Part shown: one piece after another, positions 27,732 to 35,642 of the stretch | Layout: every line of letters starts with the position of its first letter | Numbering within the stretch: the stretch's first letter is position 1 | Assembly (NCBI GenBank): GCA_050252455.1 | Contig: JBFWKW010000002.1 | Span: forward strand, 43,063 to 107,062 | Direction: 5' to 3' | Source: Campylobacterales bacterium | Lineage (GTDB): Bacteria > Campylobacterota > Campylobacteria > Campylobacterales > UBA6016 | DNA: 64,000 nt | Program-made: the position numbers and the translations under genes | The notes under the pieces: generated by a model | What the model was told of the DNA's origin: nothing | The model's input: the letters and a program-made list of their open reading frames with translations, nothing else | The model's database searches: none

Positions 27732-28450
27732 TATACGCCCCGTTTTTTATCAAAAACTCTTATGTGCACCCTATCCGAATAAGAGTACCCCTCGGCCGCA
27801 GAAAATTCAAATACGCTTTTTGCACTATCTTGCAACTGCTCTTTCGATGCTCCAAGCGGCATACAATATATATCGGCAGGGTCTATGCCAAACTCATTTT
27901 TGATTTCATCTATCTCTTTTTTTGCCGAGCCAGAGCTTATGAAATCGGCATCCAATACGAATTTAAAAAAATATTTCGCATTTTTTACGAATAATTCCAA
28001 AGCTTCTTTATTTATCCTGTCTTTATATGCTTCGCCGCTGTTTGAGAGCTTCACGGATAGCGCAAAAACAAAATCTCGATACGGCTCAAATCCAAAGTCT
28101 ATTGCTTTTGTACCGTTGGTCTCAACCGTCACCAAAGAGCCGCTGCCCGATAGATATTCGGCAAAACGGATAAAATCCGGATTACCAAACCACAAGGTCG
28201 GCTCTCCGCCCGTAAGAACGGTGTCTACGTGAGCAAACGGCTTTTTGCGCTCAAACTCGGCTATCAGCCCTGCCGCATCATACTTCATCCAGCTATTCTT
28301 GTAAGCAACGTCGACTGCATAGGCACTATCGCAAGCGCCGCCAAAACCTTCGCATCTGAGGTTGCATCCGCCAAAACGGACAAACACGCTAGGTCTTCCT
28401 GCATATCTGCCTTCGCCCTGAAGTGAATAGAAAATCTCGGAAATAAGCAA
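27731..28450 (-). CDS. queE: 7-carboxy-7-deazaguanine synthase (radical SAM)
   Basis: 239 aa, TTG start. ISEIFYSLQGEGRYAGRPSVFVRFGGCNLRC is the QueE signature N-terminus. Confidence 0.85.
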   Translation of the reverse strand: MLISEIFYSLQGEGRYAGRPSVFVRFGGCNLRCEGFGGACDSAYAVDVAYKNSWMKYDAAGLIAEFERKKPFAHVDTVLTGGEPTLWFGNPDFIRFAEYLSGSGSLVTVETNGTKAIDFGFEPYRDFVFALSVKLSNSGEAYKDRINKEALELFVKNAKYFFKFVLDADFISSGSAKKEIDEIKNEFGIDPADIYCMPLGASKEQLQDSAKSVFEFSAAEGYSYSDRVHIRVFDKKRGV

Positions 28451-28482
28451 AATAAAAGCCTTGCTGGTAATTTTGCAGTATT

Positions 28483-29049
28483 TTACGCTAAATAAGGTAT
28501 ATTAAGCCCGTCGTCCTTGTCGCTGCTGGATATATCCTCATATTCATCCACCCCAAAAGCGTCAATCGATTTTTTAAAAACTATTTTTTGAAGTGGATGC
28601 ACTTGATTTGTCTGCATCCATTTCGCAAACTCTCTTTTGTAGAAAAAAAGTATTGCGGGGTGCACGCTCTCTCGCATATTTTCCAGCTTTTTCAAGAGCG
28701 CCGAGACCTCGGCCGTGTCGAGAGCGGATAGCTTCGGAAGCTTGATTAGCACGTTTCTGACAAATTGCTTTGTCTTGTGCTCCTCCCCCATAAAAAGAAG
28801 CTTTGAAGCCGACTCTATATCCGCCTCGTGCTCGCTATATCCGTAGCTATAACGAAAATGTCCGCAAACCAAAGGGATGTACTGCGGGTAATGCTCAAGG
28901 ACAAAAACAAGCTCCCTTAAATCTTGGTCTATCAAAACGTTAAAAAGCGTGTAAGTGGTCTTATTTGCCCTTGCCCAATGCTCGTTTGTTTCAAGATTTG
29001 GATTTTTGTCCAGAAATTTATCGTACTTTGATATATCAAACTCATTCAC
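28483..29049 (-). CDS. hypothetical protein, 4th gene of the MoxR/VWA operon
   Basis: 188 aa. 4-nt overlap with the upstream gene. Acidic C-terminus. No motif recognised. Confidence 0.6.
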   Translation of the reverse strand: MNEFDISKYDKFLDKNPNLETNEHWARANKTTYTLFNVLIDQDLRELVFVLEHYPQYIPLVCGHFRYSYGYSEHEADIESASKLLFMGEEHKTKQFVRNVLIKLPKLSALDTAEVSALLKKLENMRESVHPAILFFYKREFAKWMQTNQVHPLQKIVFKKSIDAFGVDEYEDISSSDKDDGLNIPYLA

Positions 29050-29771
29050 AATGCACTCCTTAGTTTCTGTGCCTCTTTTTGCAACGCTATTTTTTTGAGG
29101 GGATGGGATGTTTTGGGGGCGGCAGCATCGATAGCAAAAACGGATATATTTTTGAGTACCGTATGCACCTTGTCTAGCCCCTTAATATCTTTTAGTAGTC
29201 TCGCTATACTCTCTTCATCATATCCACCCATCGGTCTCATCCTCAATGTCAATGCAACGGTTGCCGCCTCATTCCAATAGTCCTCAACCAAGTATAGATA
29301 TTCATTGACGCTAGGTAAATGAAGCCCTATCTCCTCTATCATTTTGCGTCCGTTGATTAGCTGATCCACCGATAGCTCCGCATAAATAGGAAACTCTCTC
29401 ACCGTCGCCGCCATTTCCGAGAAGTCGTCATCGGCAAGGGCACGAAATAGCATTCTCGCCCTTTTGGATATCTTTTGTCTTAGTTCCGCACTCTCCAAAA
29501 CTTTTGGGTTTAGCAGACGAAACCGCTCTAGGGCGCCTAGTTTTGAATGGCTAAAACCCATTGCCGAAACCACGGGGTCGGTATCTGCAACCTGGGACGG
29601 ATGAGAACCGCCTGGGCGATGAAAAGCCCAGAGCAGCCTTGCGGCGCTATCTTTGTGACGCAAAAACAGCGCATCGCCCTCTTGTTCAAAGTTTGGGCTC
29701 TCCGATAGTTTTTCTATGAGTGCCCTATATTCCAAGCCAGATTGTCTTTCCATACTCTTCAAATCTGCCAA
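29046..29771 (-). CDS. hypothetical protein, 3rd gene of the MoxR/VWA operon
   Basis: 241 aa, mostly helical-looking. Overlaps the upstream VWA gene by 47 nt, or 29 nt if it starts at the second ATG. No motif recognised. Confidence 0.6.
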   Translation of the reverse strand: MADLKSMERQSGLEYRALIEKLSESPNFEQEGDALFLRHKDSAARLLWAFHRPGGSHPSQVADTDPVVSAMGFSHSKLGALERFRLLNPKVLESAELRQKISKRARMLFRALADDDFSEMAATVREFPIYAELSVDQLINGRKMIEEIGLHLPSVNEYLYLVEDYWNEAATVALTLRMRPMGGYDEESIARLLKDIKGLDKVHTVLKNISVFAIDAAAPKTSHPLKKIALQKEAQKLRSAL

Positions 29772-30855
29772 GATTTTTTCTATCGCTCACCAAAAAAACC
29801 GTCTCAATAGGCGGTGTGCGAGGCACTACAAAATAGCCGTCGGTCAGCACTGCAAGCACAGCCGTAGACTCCAACCTCTCATCCTGTTCTACATACTCAA
29901 AAACACACCCAATGTCCGTCCCGCCATCCGTCTTTGGAATACAAAAATCGTCTTCGCAAAGCGGTTCCGAGGTATTTATTTTTAGTATTAAATTTGGATT
30001 TATTTTTGAGTCAAAAGGTATGACGGTAATCGTATATTCACTAAAACTCTGCGCCACAGCCGAGGCGGCACCGAGAAATCTCCTATACTCCTCATCGCCG
30101 ACCGACATCGAGCTATCAACGGCGATATATAAATTCAAAAATTCATTCGGACGTATGTATCCTGGCATATAAAGCCCTTCATGGATATATCTTCGATTCG
30201 GCCTGGCAAAACTCTCACGCTTCTCAAAAAGAGAGACCGACAGATACTCGCGAAAAGTATCGTCAAACCTTATATCCGGCTTGATAATCTCTCCGATTTC
30301 GAGCATCAATCCGTCACTTATCGCCGCATCGGCTCTCGCCATAGATAGAGCTTGCACCAAGATAGCGTCAAGAGCCTCATGCTCACCATCCTCTCTGGCG
30401 TCGCTATATTCCGATTCCTCTATATCTTTTTGTTCACCCTCGCCGCCTTCGTCGCTTTTTAGCCTCTCGTACACCTCTTCGGCTATCATCTTCTCAAACC
30501 GCTCTATCGGCTCTTCTCCGGCCGGAGCCTTACCTATATTTTTAAACTTTGAAAGAACCAGATTTATCACTATGTCGCACGCTCTGTTCCAAAGAGCCGC
30601 ATCTCTTAGTTTTTGCCTTGACGGATGCTTTAGCGCTATATGTAAAAGCACATGGGCATAAAGATATTTTATCTCTTCGTCTTTCATAGATGACAATCTG
30701 TCGATATCTATGCCCACCGACACTCCGTCAGTCACAATAGGATATCTCTCGTTTTTACCGAATATATGTTTTATGGATAGTGCGAGCACTGACAAAAAAG
30801 GGTGTGCAAATAAAAAATCGACCCTAATTTTTGTAAATAGCTCTTCCGTATTCAC
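29725..30855 (-). CDS. DUF2201-like protein: N-terminal metallopeptidase-like helix + C-terminal VWA domain
   Basis: 376 aa. H68-x3-H72-x4-H77 (YAHVLLHIALKH, no Glu after the first His). MIDAS DxSxS in LYIAVDSSMSVGDEE. 4-nt overlap with the upstream AAA+ gene. Confidence 0.7.
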   Translation of the reverse strand: MNTEELFTKIRVDFLFAHPFLSVLALSIKHIFGKNERYPIVTDGVSVGIDIDRLSSMKDEEIKYLYAHVLLHIALKHPSRQKLRDAALWNRACDIVINLVLSKFKNIGKAPAGEEPIERFEKMIAEEVYERLKSDEGGEGEQKDIEESEYSDAREDGEHEALDAILVQALSMARADAAISDGLMLEIGEIIKPDIRFDDTFREYLSVSLFEKRESFARPNRRYIHEGLYMPGYIRPNEFLNLYIAVDSSMSVGDEEYRRFLGAASAVAQSFSEYTITVIPFDSKINPNLILKINTSEPLCEDDFCIPKTDGGTDIGCVFEYVEQDERLESTAVLAVLTDGYFVVPRTPPIETVFLVSDRKNLGRFEEYGKTIWLGI

Positions 30856-31856
30856 ACTATGTAGCCGCCGTATTTTTCAAGCCAATCCTCAAAAGACGGA
30901 GCGACCGCTATGGCTTCGTTTTTTACGACCAAGTCTTTAATAAGCATTACGCCAAATTCAATCGGCATTAGCGACGAAAAGCGTATCAAAATCTCCCCCT
31001 CCGCCTCGGAAGAATCCCATCTCTCGACAAGGGCGGCGGTAAGGGCATACAGAGCACCCGGATTTGAAGGTATCGACACTTCCTCGCCCCTAAGAATAGC
31101 TTCGACATCCGGTATTTCCGAATACGTTTTCAGATACGCCAAAAACTCGGCTCCGGCCCCATATCCGACACTTCCATATATAAGCGGCGCATAAGAATCC
31201 ATATCTCCCGCTTTGTGCGCTATGCTTGAGAGCATGCTCCAGCTTCTAGGGGTTGCGAATGCGGGATTTGTTTCGCTTTCTTTTGGCACCTCTTGGCTCA
31301 AAAGGTCGGGGCGAAACCCGAGAAAAGCTATGATTGTCGGATGGATGCCGTTTTGGATTGCCCAAACCTTGAAATCTTCAAATTTTGCACACGCCACAAG
31401 GTGAACCATTCTATTGGCAAGCGGAGACGGAAGTCGAAAGACTATGCCGCGGTCGCTCACTCTATTTCCGGCACATACTATTCTCCACCCTTTTGGCATC
31501 TCATATTCACCCACCTTTCTATCAAGCACCAGCTGATATATGGCCGCCTGTACACTCGGCGCCGCAGAGTTAAGCTCATCTAAAAATAAGATTCCCTCCC
31601 CCTGGGTCGGCAAAAATACCGGAGGCATCCATATCGTTTTACCGTCTTTGATGCTAGGCACGCCGCGCAAATCGACAGAGTCTAGTTGACTTAGTCGAAC
31701 GTCGTTTAGCTCCCACCCTTTTGCTTTTGCAAGCTCATGCACTATGTATGATTTACCGATGCCGGGAGAGCCGTGTATAAAGACCGGAACGTCTATATCA
31801 AGCAATAGCTCTAGTTCTTTTCTAAGCCTTGCGGTTCCTATTTCTGGGGTTATCAT
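30852..31856 (-). CDS. MoxR-like (AAA_5) AAA+ ATPase
   Basis: 334 aa. Walker A HGSPGIGKS, Walker B ILFLDELN, sensor region IVCAGNRVSDRG. Confidence 0.8.
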   Translation of the reverse strand: MITPEIGTARLRKELELLLDIDVPVFIHGSPGIGKSYIVHELAKAKGWELNDVRLSQLDSVDLRGVPSIKDGKTIWMPPVFLPTQGEGILFLDELNSAAPSVQAAIYQLVLDRKVGEYEMPKGWRIVCAGNRVSDRGIVFRLPSPLANRMVHLVACAKFEDFKVWAIQNGIHPTIIAFLGFRPDLLSQEVPKESETNPAFATPRSWSMLSSIAHKAGDMDSYAPLIYGSVGYGAGAEFLAYLKTYSEIPDVEAILRGEEVSIPSNPGALYALTAALVERWDSSEAEGEILIRFSSLMPIEFGVMLIKDLVVKNEAIAVAPSFEDWLEKYGGYIV

Positions 31857-31863
31857 TGATTTG

Positions 31864-31884
31864 TTTCCAAAAGTTTTTTGGAAA
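31864..31884. promoter_or_regulatory. perfect 9-bp inverted repeat just upstream of the AAA+ start codon
   Basis: TTTCCAAAA-gtt-TTTTGGAAA, ending 8 nt from the ATG at 31856. Could be an operator, or a 5'-UTR hairpin covering the SD-like GGAAA. Confidence 0.35.
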
Positions 31885-31949
31885 ATTGTAGATTAAAAAA
31901 CGGACAATTTTGGGGTTAGATTTTAAGCAATTATTTCCGCTTAAAAGCT

Positions 31950-32477
31950 TCAATCATAATTCAACCAAATCAGTTTGCTTGCGTCATATCCGAGAGCCGG
32001 CATTTTGGAAAGTATAAATTCTCTGTCTGCGCGACTCAGCTCTTTTGTTCTTGAAAGTATCCAAAAATATTTTCTGGACTGCTCCCCAACGACGCTATAT
32101 CTATAGTCATCGGCCAACAACAAAATCCAATAGTCGCCATAAAAAGGCCAAAAAAAGCTAACTTTTAATTTACTATTATTATCTCCGACTACCTTGGCTA
32201 CACCTTTTGCGTCTTTTATCTTTATTTGCTTCTCGTCAAAACAGCTATTTAAAACGTCTATATCTTTACCGCTTAGCTTATATTCCGCTCTTGCGCCAAA
32301 GCACCCTTTCTCAAACCAATTATCATATCTGGCAACTTCGTACCAAACGCCCAAATATCTATTGACGTCTACATTGCCGACGGTCTGAAGGCTTTGGGTA
32401 TTTTTTTCGGCACAACCCGCCAAAAAAAAGATTGCAAAAATAAATGTGATAAAAGTCTTATGTATAGCCGTTAGCAT
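31950..32477 (-). CDS. blc: bacterial lipocalin (outer-membrane lipoprotein Blc)
   Basis: ORF 31950..32495 trimmed to ATG 32477. Lipobox FFLAGC. Lipocalin signature VDVNRYLGVWYEVARY. Confidence 0.85.
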   Translation of the reverse strand: MLTAIHKTFITFIFAIFFLAGCAEKNTQSLQTVGNVDVNRYLGVWYEVARYDNWFEKGCFGARAEYKLSGKDIDVLNSCFDEKQIKIKDAKGVAKVVGDNNSKLKVSFFWPFYGDYWILLLADDYRYSVVGEQSRKYFWILSRTKELSRADREFILSKMPALGYDASKLIWLNYD

Positions 32478-32552
32478 TTGGTTAAAACCTCGCAAAAACG
32501 ATTTTATTTATTCATATCCGTGAATGATTTAAGAGTTTATTTTATGATATTT

Positions 32553-32585
32553 GATTTATAGAAGTATGGTGGCAGAGAGGGATTC
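32553..32585. repeat. distal att-like repeat (degenerate copy of tRNA-Ser 3' end plus flank)
   Basis: GATTTATAGAAGTATGGTGGCAGAGAGGGATTC here versus GATTTATATGGAAGTATCTCTGGCGGACAGAGAGGGATTC at 37535-37574. Identical 13-bp core CAGAGAGGGATTC at 32573-32585 and 37562-37574. Confidence 0.55.
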
Positions 32586-32638
32586 ACATCATCTTCTAAG
32601 TCCTTTATTTGTCGATACCAACAAAATAAATTCCTGCT

Positions 32639-32658
32639 AGTTACCCTTACGGTTACCC
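32639..32658. repeat. 20-bp exact direct repeat, left copy (candidate integrase arm-type site)
   Basis: AGTTACCCTTACGGTTACCC, identical to 37419-37438. Internally two GTTACCC heptamers 12 nt apart. Confidence 0.6.
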
Positions 32659-32720
32659 CTACAAACCCATTTGCAATGTGATTCGAATGATAAGCATAGC
32701 TAATATGAGGCAATTATACA

Positions 32721-32897
32721 CTAGGAAATCTTACTCTCCATCCACCCTCTAATATCCGATAATTTCCAAACCGTGTATTTTCTTGATATTGTTATCTGCT
32801 TTGGAGCTTGCCCGTTTTTTACCATATCGTACCAAGTGGACTTAGAACACCCCACCATGTCCAGCACCTCAGGCAACCTCAAAAACCTCTCTTCCAT
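32721..32897 (-). CDS. AlpA-family phage regulatory protein / excisionase-like HTH
   Basis: Own translation (58 aa, below the ORF-track cutoff): MEERFLRLPEVLDMVGCSKSTWYDMVKNGQAPKQITISRKYTVWKLSDIRGWMESKIS. Classic AlpA pattern (L.EV....G.S.ST.Y......FP.......W...E...W). Start overlaps the Rep stop (TGATG). Confidence 0.75.
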   Translation of the reverse strand: MEERFLRLPEVLDMVGCSKSTWYDMVKNGQAPKQITISRKYTVWKLSDIRGWMESKIS

Positions 32898-33874
32898 CAC
32901 GCCGCCTCTAATGCCCGTTTTGTGAGATTGTTGAGAGCTTTGATATTTATAGTGCGTCTATTGCTTTGCTCGTCATATAGGGTTATGTTGATATTTTTTT
33001 GATAGTAGATAACGCCCGTTATCTTGTCTTGTATTTCAAGTATAGCCCTTGTGTCTATATCTTGGGATATTTGTAGCTCTTTTTGTTTATATACTTTTGT
33101 CAGAGCCTTAAGTGATAGATTTTCATATACCTTTCTATATATACAGATAGGAGCAAGCGAATTACTAGAGTTAAATCTAGTTATACGGTGTGCGCTGTAC
33201 CAATAATGCAAATGCTCTTCTTTTGGCGTAAGGCTCTCTTTTTTGGATAACGGGAGAGTTTTATTAATATACTTCATTATATAGCCTACGGCGCTATTTA
33301 TCTTGGAAGTTATCTTTTGAATATCGTTTACTTTTGCATTTTGTCGAAATAGGCGATTATATGCCTCTTCTATTCTATCCACTCTATCTTCTGGAACAAG
33401 TAGCAGTATATGGGTATGCGGTGTGCCGTCCTCGTGTGGCTCCGTAATTCTAAAATATACCCTCTCGTCTTTGCTTAACTCTTTGAGGCTCCTATCTTGG
33501 CGAAGTCTTGCAAACATCTTTGTTAATTCTTTTTTAGCTTCGGCAGGCGTAAAGCCCTCGTATTTTGGGTTGTCTTTAAACATGCCGCTTTTTATCATCC
33601 TAAGTCTATGGTATTTGCTTGGGAGCGTTAAGGTCATAAAAAGCGGTTTTAGATTTTTCTCTTTGGCGTACTCCATAAGTGTATTTACTCTGTTTTGAAT
33701 TTCGGAGTAGTAGCGGGTCGGATTATGATATGCGGAAAAGACAATATCTTTAAGGGGCGTTATATTGCCGCTTAGTTTATCTTCTATGACATTGGATTTT
33801 AAAAAGCTATCTTGTCTTGCTAACTTCTTTTTAACATGATAGATGTCTATCTCATTTAATCCGTAGTAACTCAT
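32897..33874 (-). CDS. rolling-circle replication initiator (HUH endonuclease, two-tyrosine type)
   Basis: 325 aa. Motif 1 FMTLTLP. Motif 2 GTPHTHILLLV (H153/H155). Motif 3 VGYIMKYINK (Y198-x3-Y202), as in phiX174 gpA / P2 gpA-type Rep proteins. Confidence 0.8.
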   Translation of the reverse strand: MSYYGLNEIDIYHVKKKLARQDSFLKSNVIEDKLSGNITPLKDIVFSAYHNPTRYYSEIQNRVNTLMEYAKEKNLKPLFMTLTLPSKYHRLRMIKSGMFKDNPKYEGFTPAEAKKELTKMFARLRQDRSLKELSKDERVYFRITEPHEDGTPHTHILLLVPEDRVDRIEEAYNRLFRQNAKVNDIQKITSKINSAVGYIMKYINKTLPLSKKESLTPKEEHLHYWYSAHRITRFNSSNSLAPICIYRKVYENLSLKALTKVYKQKELQISQDIDTRAILEIQDKITGVIYYQKNINITLYDEQSNRRTINIKALNNLTKRALEAA

Positions 33875-33908
33875 TTTTGCTTGTCCACAACTTTTTATTA
33901 AATAGTCA

Positions 33909-33950
33909 AGGGCGCCAAAGCGGGGCCAAAGGCCCGACAGGGGCGCACGG
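33909..33950. other. GC-rich structured intergenic segment inside the AT-rich island (candidate origin/nick region or attenuator)
   Basis: AGGGCGCCAAAGCGGGGCCAAAGGCCCGACAGGGGCGCACGG. GGGCC-AAA-GGCCC hairpin flanked by GGCGCC / GGGCGC. Lies between the 89-aa ORF and Rep. Confidence 0.35.
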
Positions 33951-33957
33951 TTGACAA

Positions 33958-34227
33958 TTAGACGGCTTCATAGTAGATTTTGCTCTCATACGCCGAGATG
34001 TTGCATTTTAACTCTACCTGTTGACCGATAGAGGCTTCAAACTGCTTTGCCCTCTCTGGAGCTATCGGCATATTTATGAGTTGCTTTTTAGTCTGCCCGT
34101 TGCTTAGTTTATCGTCAACCATTAGTTGAAGATATGTTTTACCCTCTTTTGTTTCACCAGTTTCTTTATCCCTAAAATCTCCACCTTTGTAGATGTTGTC
34201 TAAGGTTGCTTCTAGTTTGACTATCAT
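33958..34227 (-). CDS. small island protein of unknown function (size of a phage ssDNA-binding protein)
   Basis: 89 aa. ATGA overlap with the upstream RHH gene. Beta-rich-looking sequence. Function is only guessed from position next to an RCR Rep. Confidence 0.45.
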   Translation of the reverse strand: MIVKLEATLDNIYKGGDFRDKETGETKEGKTYLQLMVDDKLSNGQTKKQLINMPIAPERAKQFEASIGQQVELKCNISAYESKIYYEAV

Positions 34228-34604
34228 TTTTTATCTCCCAATATAAAGTCTAGTGCATACACATAGTCTTGTCGCTTGCCTATTAAACTCATAAATGCGT
34301 CACTGCCGTCCGCTCCGTTTCTTTCCATTTCTTCAAGGGTGTCCGTTGCACTTGATATTGAGTTTCTCAAAAGTGATACAATCGTAGCCTTGTGAAAAGA
34401 TGGAATTTCACTTCTATCTACTTCTATGCCCTCGTCAACATTCACAATGTACTGCATAAACGACTGAAGCATTGCAGTCATTGTTACTTTATTCTTTTTG
34501 CAATATGCGTCAAACTTCTCTTTTAGCTCTTTTGGCATTTGCATACTAAAGCCGACTTTTTCGCTCTCGTCAGTCCTTGCGCCGACCAAAACCCTACTAA
34601 TCAT
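34224..34604 (-). CDS. ribbon-helix-helix (CopG/Arc-like) DNA-binding protein
   Basis: 126 aa. VGFSMQMPKELKEKFDAYCKKNKVTMTAMLQSFMQYIV fits the beta-strand/helix/helix RHH pattern. First gene of the island minus-strand operon. Confidence 0.55.
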   Translation of the reverse strand: MISRVLVGARTDESEKVGFSMQMPKELKEKFDAYCKKNKVTMTAMLQSFMQYIVNVDEGIEVDRSEIPSFHKATIVSLLRNSISSATDTLEEMERNGADGSDAFMSLIGKRQDYVYALDFILGDKK

Positions 34605-34755
34605 ATTTACTCCTTAATGTTTTTATAGATATGTTTAACACATATATAAAACGCATATATTATACAAATATATTTTTAAGTTTGTCAAGATACAAAAAAC
34701 AAATAATTTAATTTACATTTAGATAGAGTTTAATTAGTACATAAAATAAAACAAG

Positions 34756-35631
34756 GTGGTTTTCGTGCAAAGAACTGTAAGTTTTAATAAAATGTTTATA
34801 CAAAATGCAGCTGGTCTGAATATAAATCCGCTTCCAATTGTAAATACACTCCAGTCGGCTTTTTCAAACAATACGAGATTACAAAATGCGTATGATTTAA
34901 GTACGGATAGATTCTGTGTTTTGAGTCATTTCATTCAGAATACTGGCTCATATCAGGGGAAAATTATTACAGCAAGCAGAAATTATAGGCCAGATTATAT
35001 CGATAGACACACAATGCAAGAAAGGCCAAACGCCAAAACAATGAGCGAAGGCGAAGAGGATGCTGTGCATTTTGTTGCCAAGATTGATATTGCAACAAAC
35101 GAACTTATTATTCTTTTGGAGGAGCGACAACCTGGTCATGGTCTTACTATTGGACAGTTAGCCGAGTATATCAATGAACTTATGAAGCGTAGTAGTGCGA
35201 TACCGCAAAATCATTCGCTAAAGTTCGGAGTAATTGCTTCTGATAATTTTATAGATGACTTTAATCAAATAAGCCGAGTGAAAGTTGCAACATTAAAAAT
35301 AAATAAACAACTCATTGGCTCAAACTATCTTAATGTCGCCAATCTAACAAGCAGCACAAGAGACACCATAGATATTGTTATAAAAAGTAAACCTAAACAT
35401 GATATCAAATCAGATATACTTGAAGTCGTAAGAAATTTTGCTACTGGTACCGAAACAAGAATAACCGAAGTTTTAATTGAGGGTAATGATATTGACAATA
35501 ACCCAGTGGTTTTAAACTCCGAGTTCGCAAAACGAAAGCAATATATCAATGTGCCTGTTAATCCACAAACTGGTGAAATTCAGAGTATGTCTATGTTTTC
35601 AAGCTTGGAAGCGATTATACAAACAATGTAA
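34756..35631 (+). CDS. island cargo protein A, 291 aa, no recognisable domain
   Basis: Long AT-rich ORF. Start ambiguous: GTG 34756, GTG 34765 (preceded by AGGTGG) or ATG 34792. No Walker, HEPN, nuclease or HTH motif seen. Confidence 0.6.
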   Translation: MVFVQRTVSFNKMFIQNAAGLNINPLPIVNTLQSAFSNNTRLQNAYDLSTDRFCVLSHFIQNTGSYQGKIITASRNYRPDYIDRHTMQERPNAKTMSEGEEDAVHFVAKIDIATNELIILLEERQPGHGLTIGQLAEYINELMKRSSAIPQNHSLKFGVIASDNFIDDFNQISRVKVATLKINKQLIGSNYLNVANLTSSTRDTIDIVIKSKPKHDIKSDILEVVRNFATGTETRITEVLIEGNDIDNNPVVLNSEFAKRKQYINVPVNPQTGEIQSMSMFSSLEAIIQTM

Positions 35632-35642
35632 AGGTTGAAATT

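Noticed and set aside
27731-28450. queE as part of a 7-deazaguanine DNA-modification (Dpd-like) defence system together with the upstream AAA+/VWA operon
   Set aside because: No dpdA/tgt-like, queC, queD or helicase genes are nearby. A lone queE is most simply the housekeeping queuosine gene. The possible co-transcription is kept as a note in the operon finding.
32553-32585. Left att copy as a second (partial) functional tRNA gene
   Set aside because: Only about 19 nt resemble the tRNA 3' end. They carry a substitution and a 1-nt deletion, and there is no upstream tRNA body.
32808-33002. 64-aa plus-strand ORF at the island left end
   Set aside because: It is antisense to the AlpA-like gene and to the Rep 3' end, both of which have family signatures.
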